64,000 nt of DNA from the NCBI GenBank assembly GCA_039815185.1, contig JBCBZT010000023.1, forward strand, positions 55,672-119,671. Direction: 5' to 3'. Every line of letters begins with the position of its first letter. Position 1 is the stretch's first letter. This stretch comes from Cyanobacteria bacterium P01_A01_bin.123. GTDB taxonomy: Bacteria; Cyanobacteriota; Cyanobacteriia; Phormidesmidales; Phormidesmidaceae. Position numbers and translations under genes: made by a program. Positions 30,610 to 39,965 of the stretch are shown here, one piece after another. The notes beneath the pieces were generated by a model, which was not told where the DNA came from, did no database searches, and worked only from the letters and a program-made list of their open reading frames with translations.

Positions 30610-31503
30610 ATGAAAAGAATTAATTTAACCCTGGCTCAAGTTGAAGTGTTTGCTGCGGTTGTCAAGGCAGGGAGCTTCACAATCGCGAGTGAAACATTAG
30701 GCATGACGCAATCAGCCGTGAGTCATGCTATGGCAGCGTTAGAAAAAGAATTAAAAGTGTCTCTTCTAGAGCGCGATCGCAACGGAATTGCGTTGACAGA
30801 CATTGGGCAACGCGTCCTGATTCAAGCCGAGAGGATGCTAACTGCTGCAGAGCAAATCCGTCAGGAAACGTCAGCTACAGTCGGCCTAGAAACTGGCAAA
30901 GTTCGCTTAGGCAGTTTTCCCAGTGTGTCGGCTCGGTTTTTGCCTGGGTTATTGCGTCAGTTTCGACAGCGTTATCCGGGCATCGATGTAATCTTGTTTG
31001 AAGGCACTGATGAAGAGGTGCGACAGTGGATTCATGCCCGTACAGTTGATGTTGGGGTGGTGACTTTGCCGAGTGAAGGATTAGCGTCGGTCGCGATCGC
31101 ACGGGATGAATTCTTTGCAGTTGTTTCAGAAAATCATGCCCTGGCAGACCAAGCACAGATTCAGATTCATCAGCTGGCTCAAGACCCTTTCATTATGTCT
31201 AAGGCAGGTTGTGAGCCCATGATTATAACGATGTTTGCAAAGGCCAAAATTGTGCCTAAAATTCAGTTTGAGGCGATTGATTTGCGAACCATTTTTGCCA
31301 TGGTTCACGAAGGTATCGGCGTTACGATTGTGCCCGAAATGGCGTTGCCCACTAATTTATCAGGGCTTCATACTTTGAGGCTTAAGCCCAACCAATTTCG
31401 ACAGCTTGCCCTTGCAGTGCCATCACTGGAATCAGTTTCCCCTGCGGTTAAGGCTTTTCTAAACGATGCTAAGGATTGGGCACAATATCAGGGTTTTTCG
31501 TAA
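30610..31503 (+). CDS. LysR-family regulator
   Basis: GSFTIASETLGMTQSAVSHAMAALEKEL HTH; divergent from the CTP-synthase-like gene. Confidence 0.93.
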   Translation: MKRINLTLAQVEVFAAVVKAGSFTIASETLGMTQSAVSHAMAALEKELKVSLLERDRNGIALTDIGQRVLIQAERMLTAAEQIRQETSATVGLETGKVRLGSFPSVSARFLPGLLRQFRQRYPGIDVILFEGTDEEVRQWIHARTVDVGVVTLPSEGLASVAIARDEFFAVVSENHALADQAQIQIHQLAQDPFIMSKAGCEPMIITMFAKAKIVPKIQFEAIDLRTIFAMVHEGIGVTIVPEMALPTNLSGLHTLRLKPNQFRQLALAVPSLESVSPAVKAFLNDAKDWAQYQGFS

Positions 31504-31533
31504 CTAAAATTTTGACGCCTGATAACAAACTTG

Positions 31534-31980
31534 CTAATCGTAGTATACATTAACACCAGTTTGAATGACTTGGTCGTCGCTGTTAAAACAAACATTATAA
31601 GAAAGCCAGGCAAAGTCCCAAAACATAGCAGCTCCGTCTGAGCCATATTGCCAACATGACTCTACAACACCAGAGGTTTGTTGGTAAACTTCGTCAAGCT
31701 CTTCTCGATAGGCAAACGCAAAATCTCTTTGAGAAACAGATATGGGTTGTCCAAGTAATGATTCGATATTACTCGCATTCATACCAAGTCTAATCTGGTG
31801 GAAGTTCTGCTCAAAATTGGGGGGTAAAACTGTATCCACTGAAGGATATAAAGGGAAGTATGACTCTGTGTAGTAAAGACCAGTCGCGAATACGCCTACA
31901 ACTATTGCCGCTATACCAAGTATCAACTTTCCCACTACTCTACTCCTAGGGCAATCACTATTTCTTTGGATAGACCACAA
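31534..31980 (-). CDS. Hypothetical membrane-anchored protein (SmpA/OmlA-like segment)
   Basis: One TM, FHQIRLGMNASNIESLLGQP; AT-rich; start uncertain. Confidence 0.55.
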   Translation of the reverse strand: MWSIQRNSDCPRSRVVGKLILGIAAIVVGVFATGLYYTESYFPLYPSVDTVLPPNFEQNFHQIRLGMNASNIESLLGQPISVSQRDFAFAYREELDEVYQQTSGVVESCWQYGSDGAAMFWDFAWLSYNVCFNSDDQVIQTGVNVYYD

Positions 31981-32066
31981 ACCTAATCAGGGTTGTTCCG
32001 GTGATTGTACGCTGATTCACAATCTCTTGATATCCGATCTCTAGCTATAAACTTCGAATCTCGTCG

Positions 32067-32303
32067 GCGATCGCTCGGGATGAGTTTTTTGCCGTTATTT
32101 CAGAAAATCATGCATTGGCAGGCCAGGAACAAATTCATATTCGCCAGCTAGCTCAAGAGCCTCTTATCATGTCTAAGGCAAGTTGTGAGCCAATGATTAT
32201 GGCGATGTTGGCAAAGGCCAAAATTGTGCCAAAGATTTAGTTTGAAGTGATTGATCTGCGCACTATTCTTGCTATGGTTCACGAGGGCATTGGCGTTATG
32301 ATT
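32067..32303 (+). pseudogene. Degenerate partial copy of the LysR gene at 31093-31329
   Basis: Colinear nucleotide similarity at offset 974; CAG(31264) to TAG(32238) nonsense change. Confidence 0.88.
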
Positions 32304-32313
32304 CTGAATGGAG

Positions 32314-33201
32314 CTAAGGTATGGGCAGAATACCAGGGATTTCCTCAACTAAAGTTTTGACGATTGCAGATGGGTCGTCACGTCGCCACGCGATCGCAAT
32401 CTCTAGGGTTGGCGCTCTATTGTTGATGGCAAGATGGCTGACTCCGTCTGGTTCGAGGCATTCCATCCCCGATGCGATGAAGTGAATCCCTTGTCCAGCA
32501 ATAAGTAGCGCCATGCAGCTTTGATCATGACCCTTTTGCCGAATACGTGGCGCAAATCCGGCGTCGGTGCAGCATCTCAAAATGTCATCGTACATCGCTG
32601 GGTTTTCAGCCCGTGGGTGCATAATGAACAGCTCATCAGCGAAATCTGTCAGTTTGACTGATGTTTCATGGGCTCGGGGGTGATCTTTTGGCACAGCCAG
32701 TTTCATCGGTTCTCGATAAACACACTTGGTTTCTACAAACGGTGAATACATAGGCTGAAAGATAAATCCTATGTCGATTTCTGCACGGTTCAACTCGTTC
32801 ACTAAAACTGCGGTAGTTCTGCGTTCGTGCAAATCTAGCTCAAGGTCTGCAAAGTGGGTACGACAAAGGTTGAGAATTTTGGGCAAAACGGTGTAGAGCA
32901 CTGAGGGAATATAACCAATACCCAAGCGCTTTGACGCCGGTGAAGTACCATGGCGTACCTGTCGTGCAGTTTCATCAGCATGAGCGAGGAGTCCTCGGGC
33001 TTCTTTTCGCAACACTTGACCCGCATCAGTGAGTTCAACGCTGCGGGTAGTGCGCTGAAACAAGGTGACGCCTAATTCATGCTCAAGTCGCCTAATTAAT
33101 CGCGTTAAAGGAGGCTGTGACATGTGGAGCTGTTCAGCCGCCTGCCGAAAATTTAACGTTTCGGCAAGAACCATGAAACAGCGGAGGTCTCGAATTTCCA
33201 T
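32314..33201 (-). CDS. LysR-family regulator (HcaR/AlsR-like)
   Basis: LNFRQAAEQLHMSQPPLTRLIRRLE, RTTRSVELT. Confidence 0.93.
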   Translation of the reverse strand: MEIRDLRCFMVLAETLNFRQAAEQLHMSQPPLTRLIRRLEHELGVTLFQRTTRSVELTDAGQVLRKEARGLLAHADETARQVRHGTSPASKRLGIGYIPSVLYTVLPKILNLCRTHFADLELDLHERRTTAVLVNELNRAEIDIGFIFQPMYSPFVETKCVYREPMKLAVPKDHPRAHETSVKLTDFADELFIMHPRAENPAMYDDILRCCTDAGFAPRIRQKGHDQSCMALLIAGQGIHFIASGMECLEPDGVSHLAINNRAPTLEIAIAWRRDDPSAIVKTLVEEIPGILPIP

Positions 33202-33207
33202 AACTGC

Positions 33208-33230
33208 ATTGATACATTTTTGATATCAAT
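33208..33230. promoter_or_regulatory. LysR recognition site
   Basis: Inverted repeat ATTGATA-N9-TATCAAT just upstream of the LysR start in the divergent intergenic region. Confidence 0.65.
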
Positions 33231-33305
33231 ACTATATCTAAATCAGAAATACTGTTCATTCAGGAATGAATTAACTTGGGATTATTCGCTTGACTCAGAT
33301 GTTTC

Positions 33306-34367
33306 ATGCAGTGGACTCAACTCGCTCGTCGCACTTTTTTAGCCCTATCAGGCGCTGCTTTGATAGTTGGACTTTATCCTAAGCAAGGACTTGAAATCAT
33401 GATGGATGACGCACAAGCCAGTGATGCAGCTCTCGAACCAAGGAATTTTGATGTAGTTGTTGTAGGGGGCAGTTTTGCAGGATTGTCTGCTGCGTTGCAA
33501 ATTGCCCGTACCCGCCGCCGAGTGTTAGTCATTGACGCGGGTAAACCTAGAAATCGTTTTGCCGCTGGTTCTCATGGCTTTTTGGGGCAAGACGGCCGCA
33601 CCCCGGCTCAAATCTTTCAAATTGGTCGTGAGCAATTATTGCAGTATCCAACTGCAGAATTCGTTGAAGGCAAAGCAATCCATGCAGAACGCCGTGAAGA
33701 TGGTGCTTTTGCGGTGACGTTGGCATCAGGAGACACGTATCAAAGCCACCGCATCATCTTGGCAGTTGGGGTTGTCGATCATTTACCTGAGATTCCGGGG
33801 GTAGCTGAGCGCTGGGGCAAAACTGTAAATCAGTGCCCCTATTGTCATGGTTACGAACTCGCGGGGGGCATTTGGGGCGTGCTTTATACCGGGGCAGCCT
33901 CGCTTCATCAAGTTAGACTGATGCAGGATTGGAGCGATCAGGTCATTTTGTTTTTAAACGGAACTGATCAACTCAATGCTGAAGATCGCGCTGGCCTAGT
34001 GGCGGCTGGTATCACGCTAGAAGAGACGCCAGTCGAGGCTTTGGTGGGCGAAACCGACGATCTTAGGGGTATAAAATTACGAGATCAGCGGGTTGTGCCA
34101 ATCAAAGCGCTGTTTTTAATCACGCGCTCTTCTATTGAAAACCCTCTGGTTGCACAACTGGGTTGTGAACTCGAAGATGCCCCCTTTGGTGTCATGATTA
34201 AGACCAATGAATTGAAAGAAACGACGGTGTCAGGGGTATTTGCTGCGGGTGATGTGGCCCGTTCTTTGCATAATGCGACTTGGGCTGCATCGGATGGGGT
34301 TTTAGCCGGGATCTTTGCTCACCAGTCTTTACTCGTCCACAATAATCCCTATTCTGGTGGATCATAG
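33306..34367 (+). CDS. NAD(P)/FAD-dependent thioredoxin-reductase-like oxidoreductase with Tat-like signal
   Basis: VVVGGSFAG, CPYCHGYE, GVFAAGD; N-terminal ARRTFL + h-region + AQA. Confidence 0.88.
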   Translation: MQWTQLARRTFLALSGAALIVGLYPKQGLEIMMDDAQASDAALEPRNFDVVVVGGSFAGLSAALQIARTRRRVLVIDAGKPRNRFAAGSHGFLGQDGRTPAQIFQIGREQLLQYPTAEFVEGKAIHAERREDGAFAVTLASGDTYQSHRIILAVGVVDHLPEIPGVAERWGKTVNQCPYCHGYELAGGIWGVLYTGAASLHQVRLMQDWSDQVILFLNGTDQLNAEDRAGLVAAGITLEETPVEALVGETDDLRGIKLRDQRVVPIKALFLITRSSIENPLVAQLGCELEDAPFGVMIKTNELKETTVSGVFAAGDVARSLHNATWAASDGVLAGIFAHQSLLVHNNPYSGGS

Positions 34368-34430
34368 GCTGACTTGCCTCTGACCAGTTCGACGAAAGCC
34401 TGGCAAACATAGCAAGCGCTAAACCTTGCC

Positions 34431-35888
34431 TTAAACCCCTAAGATTTGTGCGAGTTGCTCAATGCCCTGATCAATTTTCTCCGGTGCTAAGTTGGCATAG
34501 CCAAATAAGAACTCGCCCTTTCCACCCGGCTTCAAGTAAAAAGACGCTGCACTGGTCAACCCGAGACCTCGCTGAGCACCAAAAGTCAGAATATCTTGAT
34601 CGCTGATATTGGTGTGCAACTGCACCATCAGATGAATGCCAGCGGCATCGCCAAGAATAGAAACATGCTTTCCGAGCTTGGTCTGTAGAGAGTTGAGCAG
34701 CGCTTGGCGGCGCTTACCGTATAACGTTCGCATGCGTCGGAGGTGCCGCTCTAAATGACCTTGATTGATGAAATCAGCTAAGACCAGTTGTTCGAGCGAA
34801 GGAGAATGCCGATCTAGCAAGCGCTTTGCTTGGGCAAAGATTTTGACCAATCCTGGTGGCAGTACCAGATAACCTATACGCAGGGCTGGAAACAACACTT
34901 TAGAAAACGTCCCAACATAAATGACAGAATTATGCTGATCTAACCCTTGCATGGCTGGAATCGGCCTTTCTCCGTAGCGATATTCGCTGTCATAGTCATC
35001 TTCAATAATGATTGCCCCTCGTTGCTGTGCCCAGGCTAAGAGTTCAAGCCGTCGAGGCAGAGAGAGAATCGTGCCGGTCGGAAACTGGTGGGAGGGTGTG
35101 GTGTAAACCAGCTTGATCGGAGCTGACATCGATTGCAGTGGTTCAACGATGAGGCCAGCCGTGTCTACGGGTAGCGGTAATACCTCTGCCCCTTGACTGT
35201 GAAAGATGCGACGCGCACTTAAATATCCAGGATCTTCTATGACAACTGAATCCCCTGGGTTGATAAATAAACGGGCGATCAGATCTAAGGCTTGTTGTGT
35301 CCCATTCACAATAATGACTTGCTCAGCATCGCAATGAACTGCGCGCGATCGCACGAGATAATGCGCGATCGCCTCTCTCAGTTCTTTTTGACCCAGTAGG
35401 TCAGCGCTATAGTCTAGTGAATCCGGCGACTGGAGACGGCGGGTCGTGAGTTTGCGCCAAATGGTTAGCGGAAAGTGATCAAACGCGGGTTGCCAGTAGC
35501 AAAAGTCGATTGCAGGGTTGCGGTTGGAAGGCTTGGGTAATGCCCGATGGGCAAAATTTTGGGCATAGGTGGATAGCCCTGTCGTGGCTAAAGCGCCCGA
35601 GCAATGGGGCTGCGGAGGCATGGCTAAAGGAGACGGTTCAGGAATGTGTTGGCAGACAAATGTGCCAGAACCCATCACAGTTTCTATGTAGCCTTCGCTT
35701 AAAAGCTGCTCGTAGCTCAGCTTTGCGGTACCCCGTGAAATACCCAGTGATGTTGCCAGTGCTCGTGTAGAAGGCAGTCTTTCGCCAGGTATTAGTTTGC
35801 CAGTCAAAACAGCTTGACGGAGAGCTTCATAGAGCTGTTGGTGTAGCGGAGTCGTGATTGCCTCATCTAATAAAATTGCCAGATCCAT
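34431..35888 (-). CDS. MocR/GabR-type PLP-dependent GntR regulator
   Basis: RLPSTRALA wHTH; TPSHQFPTG, EDDYDSEY, GTFSK. Confidence 0.95.
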   Translation of the reverse strand: MDLAILLDEAITTPLHQQLYEALRQAVLTGKLIPGERLPSTRALATSLGISRGTAKLSYEQLLSEGYIETVMGSGTFVCQHIPEPSPLAMPPQPHCSGALATTGLSTYAQNFAHRALPKPSNRNPAIDFCYWQPAFDHFPLTIWRKLTTRRLQSPDSLDYSADLLGQKELREAIAHYLVRSRAVHCDAEQVIIVNGTQQALDLIARLFINPGDSVVIEDPGYLSARRIFHSQGAEVLPLPVDTAGLIVEPLQSMSAPIKLVYTTPSHQFPTGTILSLPRRLELLAWAQQRGAIIIEDDYDSEYRYGERPIPAMQGLDQHNSVIYVGTFSKVLFPALRIGYLVLPPGLVKIFAQAKRLLDRHSPSLEQLVLADFINQGHLERHLRRMRTLYGKRRQALLNSLQTKLGKHVSILGDAAGIHLMVQLHTNISDQDILTFGAQRGLGLTSAASFYLKPGGKGEFLFGYANLAPEKIDQGIEQLAQILGV

Positions 35889-35902
35889 GGTGTGGCTTTA
35901 TG

Positions 35903-35935
35903 AAGTGGGCCAGTTGTTTGATACAAAAGTGGGCC
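35903..35935. promoter_or_regulatory. Direct repeat AAGTGGGCC x2, probable MocR-family binding site
   Basis: Copies at 35903 and 35927 (24-bp spacing) just upstream of the regulator start. Confidence 0.6.
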
Positions 35936-36432
35936 TTGTGGATGCCCGCTTTTGTCGTTAATCTGACCCTACAGCACCTAAATGGGTTTGTCGATAGGTT
36001 GGAGCGTTGAGAAAACAGTATTTTCCTCAGCCATAAAATTGTCATCAGCAAAGTACTAACTTTTATCTGGCGACCAACTTTTGAAAATAATGGCTGCCCT
36101 AGAAAATGAAGTTCAGCTGTCTCTAAAACCATCGGCTTATCTTGGCTAGAGTTGAACTTTAAACCTTGCAAGTTTGTGATTTCCCAAAAGTGGATACGAG
36201 TATTTCTGATTATTTGAAGATTTCTTTGGCATGAAATAATATTGATACCTGAGTTTTGATGGGTGATTCAAGTGCTTTAAAGAGCAGTATTTGAATCACT
36301 CTTGCGTATGCTTATTTGATAGATTTCTCAAGCTTAAAATCATCAGTAAAATGTACTGTTAGGCACTGTTTTGACAGTAATAGTTGATATTAAATAATTC
36401 ACGTGAGTCGTTAGTTTATCTGAGAAAAAATT

Positions 36433-37074
36433 ATGAACGCTATGGTTAGCGCTCGGGGAGAGTTGAGACAGAAAATTTGGGCGATGTCACCTGAATCAAC
36501 CCATGATTTTCTAGAAAAGACATTTGTGGTTCGGGTTGGCACAGTTGATGATGAGGGGTTTCCCTATGTGGTACCACAGCTTTTTGTGTATGAAAAGGGT
36601 ACAGTTTGGCTGCATCAAACCTCTGCCAAGGGACATTTCAGACGCAACATAGAGTTCAATTCAAAAGTTTGTCTTGAATTTGATGAGCATGGTGAATTTT
36701 TCCCTTATGGGCCAACCCAATGCGATACGGTTGTGGCTTATAAGAGTGTGATTGCTTTTGGTTCTATTCGAGTCGTTACCAGCGATGAAGAAAAACTGAC
36801 ATTCTTTGATAGGTTCATGATCAAATATGCTGGTGCCTCTTGGGGCAGACAAGAGCATACCTATCCTCGGATGGATCCCACTGCAGTTTATGAAGTGCAG
36901 CTTGAGAAAGTGACAGGCAAATATCAAGAAGCGGATGTCACTTTGAAACGATGGGATGGAGCTGAAGAAAAGGTCGGTGGCCCTGGTACCTATGGCTGTC
37001 CGTTTCATCAAGTGGCTTTAGAAGCAGAGCAGCAAGCGGCTGACATAAGTGGCGGCAACGCTAAGGAAGTTTGA
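36433..37074 (+). CDS. Pyridoxamine 5'-phosphate oxidase-like / NimA-like flavin-binding protein
   Basis: RVGTVDDEGFPYVVP, NSKVCLE, YKSVIAFG, VTGK; divergent from MocR. Confidence 0.85.
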   Translation: MNAMVSARGELRQKIWAMSPESTHDFLEKTFVVRVGTVDDEGFPYVVPQLFVYEKGTVWLHQTSAKGHFRRNIEFNSKVCLEFDEHGEFFPYGPTQCDTVVAYKSVIAFGSIRVVTSDEEKLTFFDRFMIKYAGASWGRQEHTYPRMDPTAVYEVQLEKVTGKYQEADVTLKRWDGAEEKVGGPGTYGCPFHQVALEAEQQAADISGGNAKEV

Positions 37075-37091
37075 GGGGAATACCCTTGCAG

Positions 37092-38276
37092 TCAGGAGCC
37101 CCTCCAAAACAGCCCAATCAACAGAGCGATTGGAGAAACGACCAAGATCCATAGGGCATTTTCTAGCCCAAATTGCTGGGCCACCATCCCCAACCCTAAT
37201 GGCGCTAAACTCCCGACAAAACCAAACAGATTGTTGAGGGTCATAACGGTGCCACTTTGTTGGGGCATGGCCGTGTACAGTTGCCCCTGCAAAATTGAGT
37301 ACCAGCCAGCGTTGAGGAATCCTAGACACCCCAAAAGGACTATCTTGGCGATGGGATTGGGCATCAGCAAAAAGGCCGGGTAAAGGCATAGCACCAGACT
37401 AACACTGACTCGCAGATAGGACAGACTCCGAATCCTCTCCAGTAGGGGAACTAAGAGAAAATCTCCGAGTAAACCAATGCCCAACCAAATCGCGATCGCG
37501 AGACTGGCCTCGGCAGTAGTTACCCCCACCACCTTGACAAAGTAAAGGGCCACAAACCCGGCTAACACATCCAGCATCAGATCGGAAAATTGCAGCAGCG
37601 TCAGCCAACGCAATACAGACGATCGCCTCAATGCCGCAATGGCATTTTTGAGCCCCGCTTTAAAACTGCTGGGCTGGCGTTCTTCGGATGGCGTCGCAAA
37701 GCTGATCGGGTATTTCCAGAGTCGTGATAGCAGTAGGCCTGTGGCCATGCCTATTAGGAGAAACGCACCACGCCAGCTTTGATGCAGCGCGATCGCGCCT
37801 GTCAACATCAACGGCCCCATCACATTGCCCAGGGAACCGGCCAACACCCAACGGGCCATGTTTTGCTGGTGACGGTTGGGTTCGAGATCCATTAAAGTGG
37901 CCTGGCACAAGTTGACAAAGCTACCGGAAGACGGTGCCAGGAGCACTAGCCCAGCCAGCAATGTGACAAAGTCTTGGCTCAGGTAAAGCAAAAATGTGGC
38001 GATCGCAAAGCCAACCCCGCCCCCTAAAATCAAGGCCCGCCGTGGGCCAATATCACCCCAAATCCCCACAATGGGCTCTATTGTGCTGGCGATGACGTTA
38101 GGGAGGGTCATCGCTAGCCCGAGCTGGATGTAGGAAAGGTGTAAATCTTCAGCAATTAGGGGCCAAGCACCAACCAGTACCCCATAAATTAATTCGTCTA
38201 GCAGTTCAACAGCCAGGAAGATAAAGGTCACCCCCATGACTGCCCTAGCAGTTTTGTGTTTACCCGTGAATGGCAT
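37092..38276 (-). CDS. MFS transporter
   Basis: About 12 hydrophobic segments; VELLDE, WGDIGPRR. Confidence 0.85.
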   Translation of the reverse strand: MPFTGKHKTARAVMGVTFIFLAVELLDELIYGVLVGAWPLIAEDLHLSYIQLGLAMTLPNVIASTIEPIVGIWGDIGPRRALILGGGVGFAIATFLLYLSQDFVTLLAGLVLLAPSSGSFVNLCQATLMDLEPNRHQQNMARWVLAGSLGNVMGPLMLTGAIALHQSWRGAFLLIGMATGLLLSRLWKYPISFATPSEERQPSSFKAGLKNAIAALRRSSVLRWLTLLQFSDLMLDVLAGFVALYFVKVVGVTTAEASLAIAIWLGIGLLGDFLLVPLLERIRSLSYLRVSVSLVLCLYPAFLLMPNPIAKIVLLGCLGFLNAGWYSILQGQLYTAMPQQSGTVMTLNNLFGFVGSLAPLGLGMVAQQFGLENALWILVVSPIALLIGLFWRGS

Positions 38277-38277
38277 T

Positions 38278-38488
38278 GTGGAAATCCCCTGCGTTTAAAG
38301 CATCTGTTCAGTGCAAATTGCGTCGAGGCACTGGACAGGGTGGGGGAATCCACGAACAAAACTGTTGCCTTACCTGTTCTTGCGAGATGGGTGAGGCAAA
38401 TGCTGGCTGTAAAGGGGAATTAGAAAGTTACCAGGGCGGAAATTTCATCGCGAATCATGAATCAGAACATTTGTAGTGTATTGTAGCA
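38278..38488 (-). promoter_or_regulatory. Structured 5' leader with uORFs upstream of the MFS gene
   Basis: Extended -10 TGcTACAAT near 38488-38480; uORFs; three stem-loops, one pairing with the RBS. Confidence 0.5.
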
Positions 38489-38508
38489 CAATGAAATTCT
38501 TTGCGGCC

Positions 38509-38964
38509 TTAAGTCTTTTCACGTCGCAGTACGAGACCTGCTGCAGCAAAATCTTCATTGCCCTCGAGTCTGCCTTCAACTCGCTTGATCACCTTAAACC
38601 CTTCAGAGAGATATAGTCCTAGGGCAGGTGTGTTGCCTTCAAGTGTTTCAATTTCTAGGGTTGTTGCTGAGTCTGCCACAGCATGACGAACCAGCGCTCG
38701 CCCCACCCCTTTGCGATAAAACTTCGGATCAACATAGAGCCAAGTGAGTTCTCCATCACCGTAAGCCACAAACCCCTGGACGATATTATCGACTTCTGCC
38801 ACAAAGACCTTGGCATCAAATAGACCTTCGTTATCGGCAGTTTGCTCAAGGGTAAGAAATGCATCTGTACCGACGGTTAAACCCAGTTCATCTAGTCGTG
38901 ATGCGTCATGTATTTTGCAGAGTCTAGACCAGTCGGCAGATTCATAAGGGCGGATGTTGATCAT
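38509..38964 (-). CDS. GNAT N-acetyltransferase
   Basis: WLYVDPKFYRKGVGRAL motif A; NTPALGLYLSEGF. Confidence 0.9.
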   Translation of the reverse strand: MINIRPYESADWSRLCKIHDASRLDELGLTVGTDAFLTLEQTADNEGLFDAKVFVAEVDNIVQGFVAYGDGELTWLYVDPKFYRKGVGRALVRHAVADSATTLEIETLEGNTPALGLYLSEGFKVIKRVEGRLEGNEDFAAAGLVLRREKT

Positions 38965-39134
38965 AGATAATTACTAATGATTGAACGCTTCAACTGCTTC
39001 GTCTTCAAGACGGAACTCAATAGCAGTCTCATCTTTATCTACTATTGCTAGATATCTCTAAGAAGATACGACCAACAGTTCATCAGAGTTTGCCCTGTAG
39101 CCAATCTTAGTCAAACTACCAACTACTACAACCC

Positions 39135-39797
39135 CTAGCATGGCTTGAGGCAGGCGATCGCCCGTTGAAAAAGCCCCTTAGCAAACGCCTCATCCAACGG
39201 CAAATGCTGCACCAACAATCGATAGTAGATGGGCCCATACAAAATATCTATCGCCAAGTCTGGATCTAGCGCTGGGTCAAATTCACCTGACTCCATACCC
39301 TGCATAATCACCTGCCGAGCTGCGTCGCGACGGGGGGATAGGAAGCGATCGCGAAAGCTCTCTAACGCCCCTGGCTCACATTGCCCTTCCGCAATAATCT
39401 GAGCCACAATTCGTCCGACATCGCCACGAAAGACTCCTACCAGTCGCTGCATCTGTTGTGCTAAAGCTTCGGCAGCAGTTTCTGTTTCGGGGAAAGGTAA
39501 GACGGTTTGCACTTGGGCTAAAAAGGCATCGACAATCAACGCGGCTTTGCTAGGCCACCAGCGGTAAATGGTGGTTTTGCCGACCCCAGCTGCACGGGCG
39601 ATCGCCTCGATAGAGACCTGTTTCACACTGCTCTCTTGCAGTAGCCGCCAAGCTGCCGCCAAAATTGCCTGTTCAGAGTCAACTGAGCGAGGCCGCCCCA
39701 TGGGAGACGGAGGGGCGACTGCTGTCTGATTTGCTGTTGTTTGAGTGGACTTGCGGACGGATGGCTTAGATTTTGCAGCTACTTTTTGTCGTGGCAT
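39135..39797 (-). CDS. TetR/AcrR-family regulator
   Basis: GRPRS, SIEAIARAAGVGKTTIYRWWPSK, LYGPIYYRLL. Confidence 0.93.
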   Translation of the reverse strand: MPRQKVAAKSKPSVRKSTQTTANQTAVAPPSPMGRPRSVDSEQAILAAAWRLLQESSVKQVSIEAIARAAGVGKTTIYRWWPSKAALIVDAFLAQVQTVLPFPETETAAEALAQQMQRLVGVFRGDVGRIVAQIIAEGQCEPGALESFRDRFLSPRRDAARQVIMQGMESGEFDPALDPDLAIDILYGPIYYRLLVQHLPLDEAFAKGLFQRAIACLKPC

Positions 39798-39839
39798 ACC
39801 TTGCCCTTCAGCGACTCTGAGCTTTTCTAAGATTATATA

Positions 39840-39929
39840 CGATACGCAGCGTAAAGAAACTTCTTCAAAAGGGTTGACACTTTCGATACGAATCGTTTAG
39901 AAAATATGTATACGAAACGAATCGTTTCG
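39840..39929. promoter_or_regulatory. Three related TetR operator copies and promoter
   Basis: CGATACGCAGCGTAAAG (39840), CGATACGAATCGTTTAG (39884), dyad CGAAACG-AAT-CGTTTCG (39913); TTGACA at 39874. Confidence 0.75.
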
Positions 39930-39965
39930 ATAGTCAAGTGCTATTCGCAAAAGGACATTGAGCTG

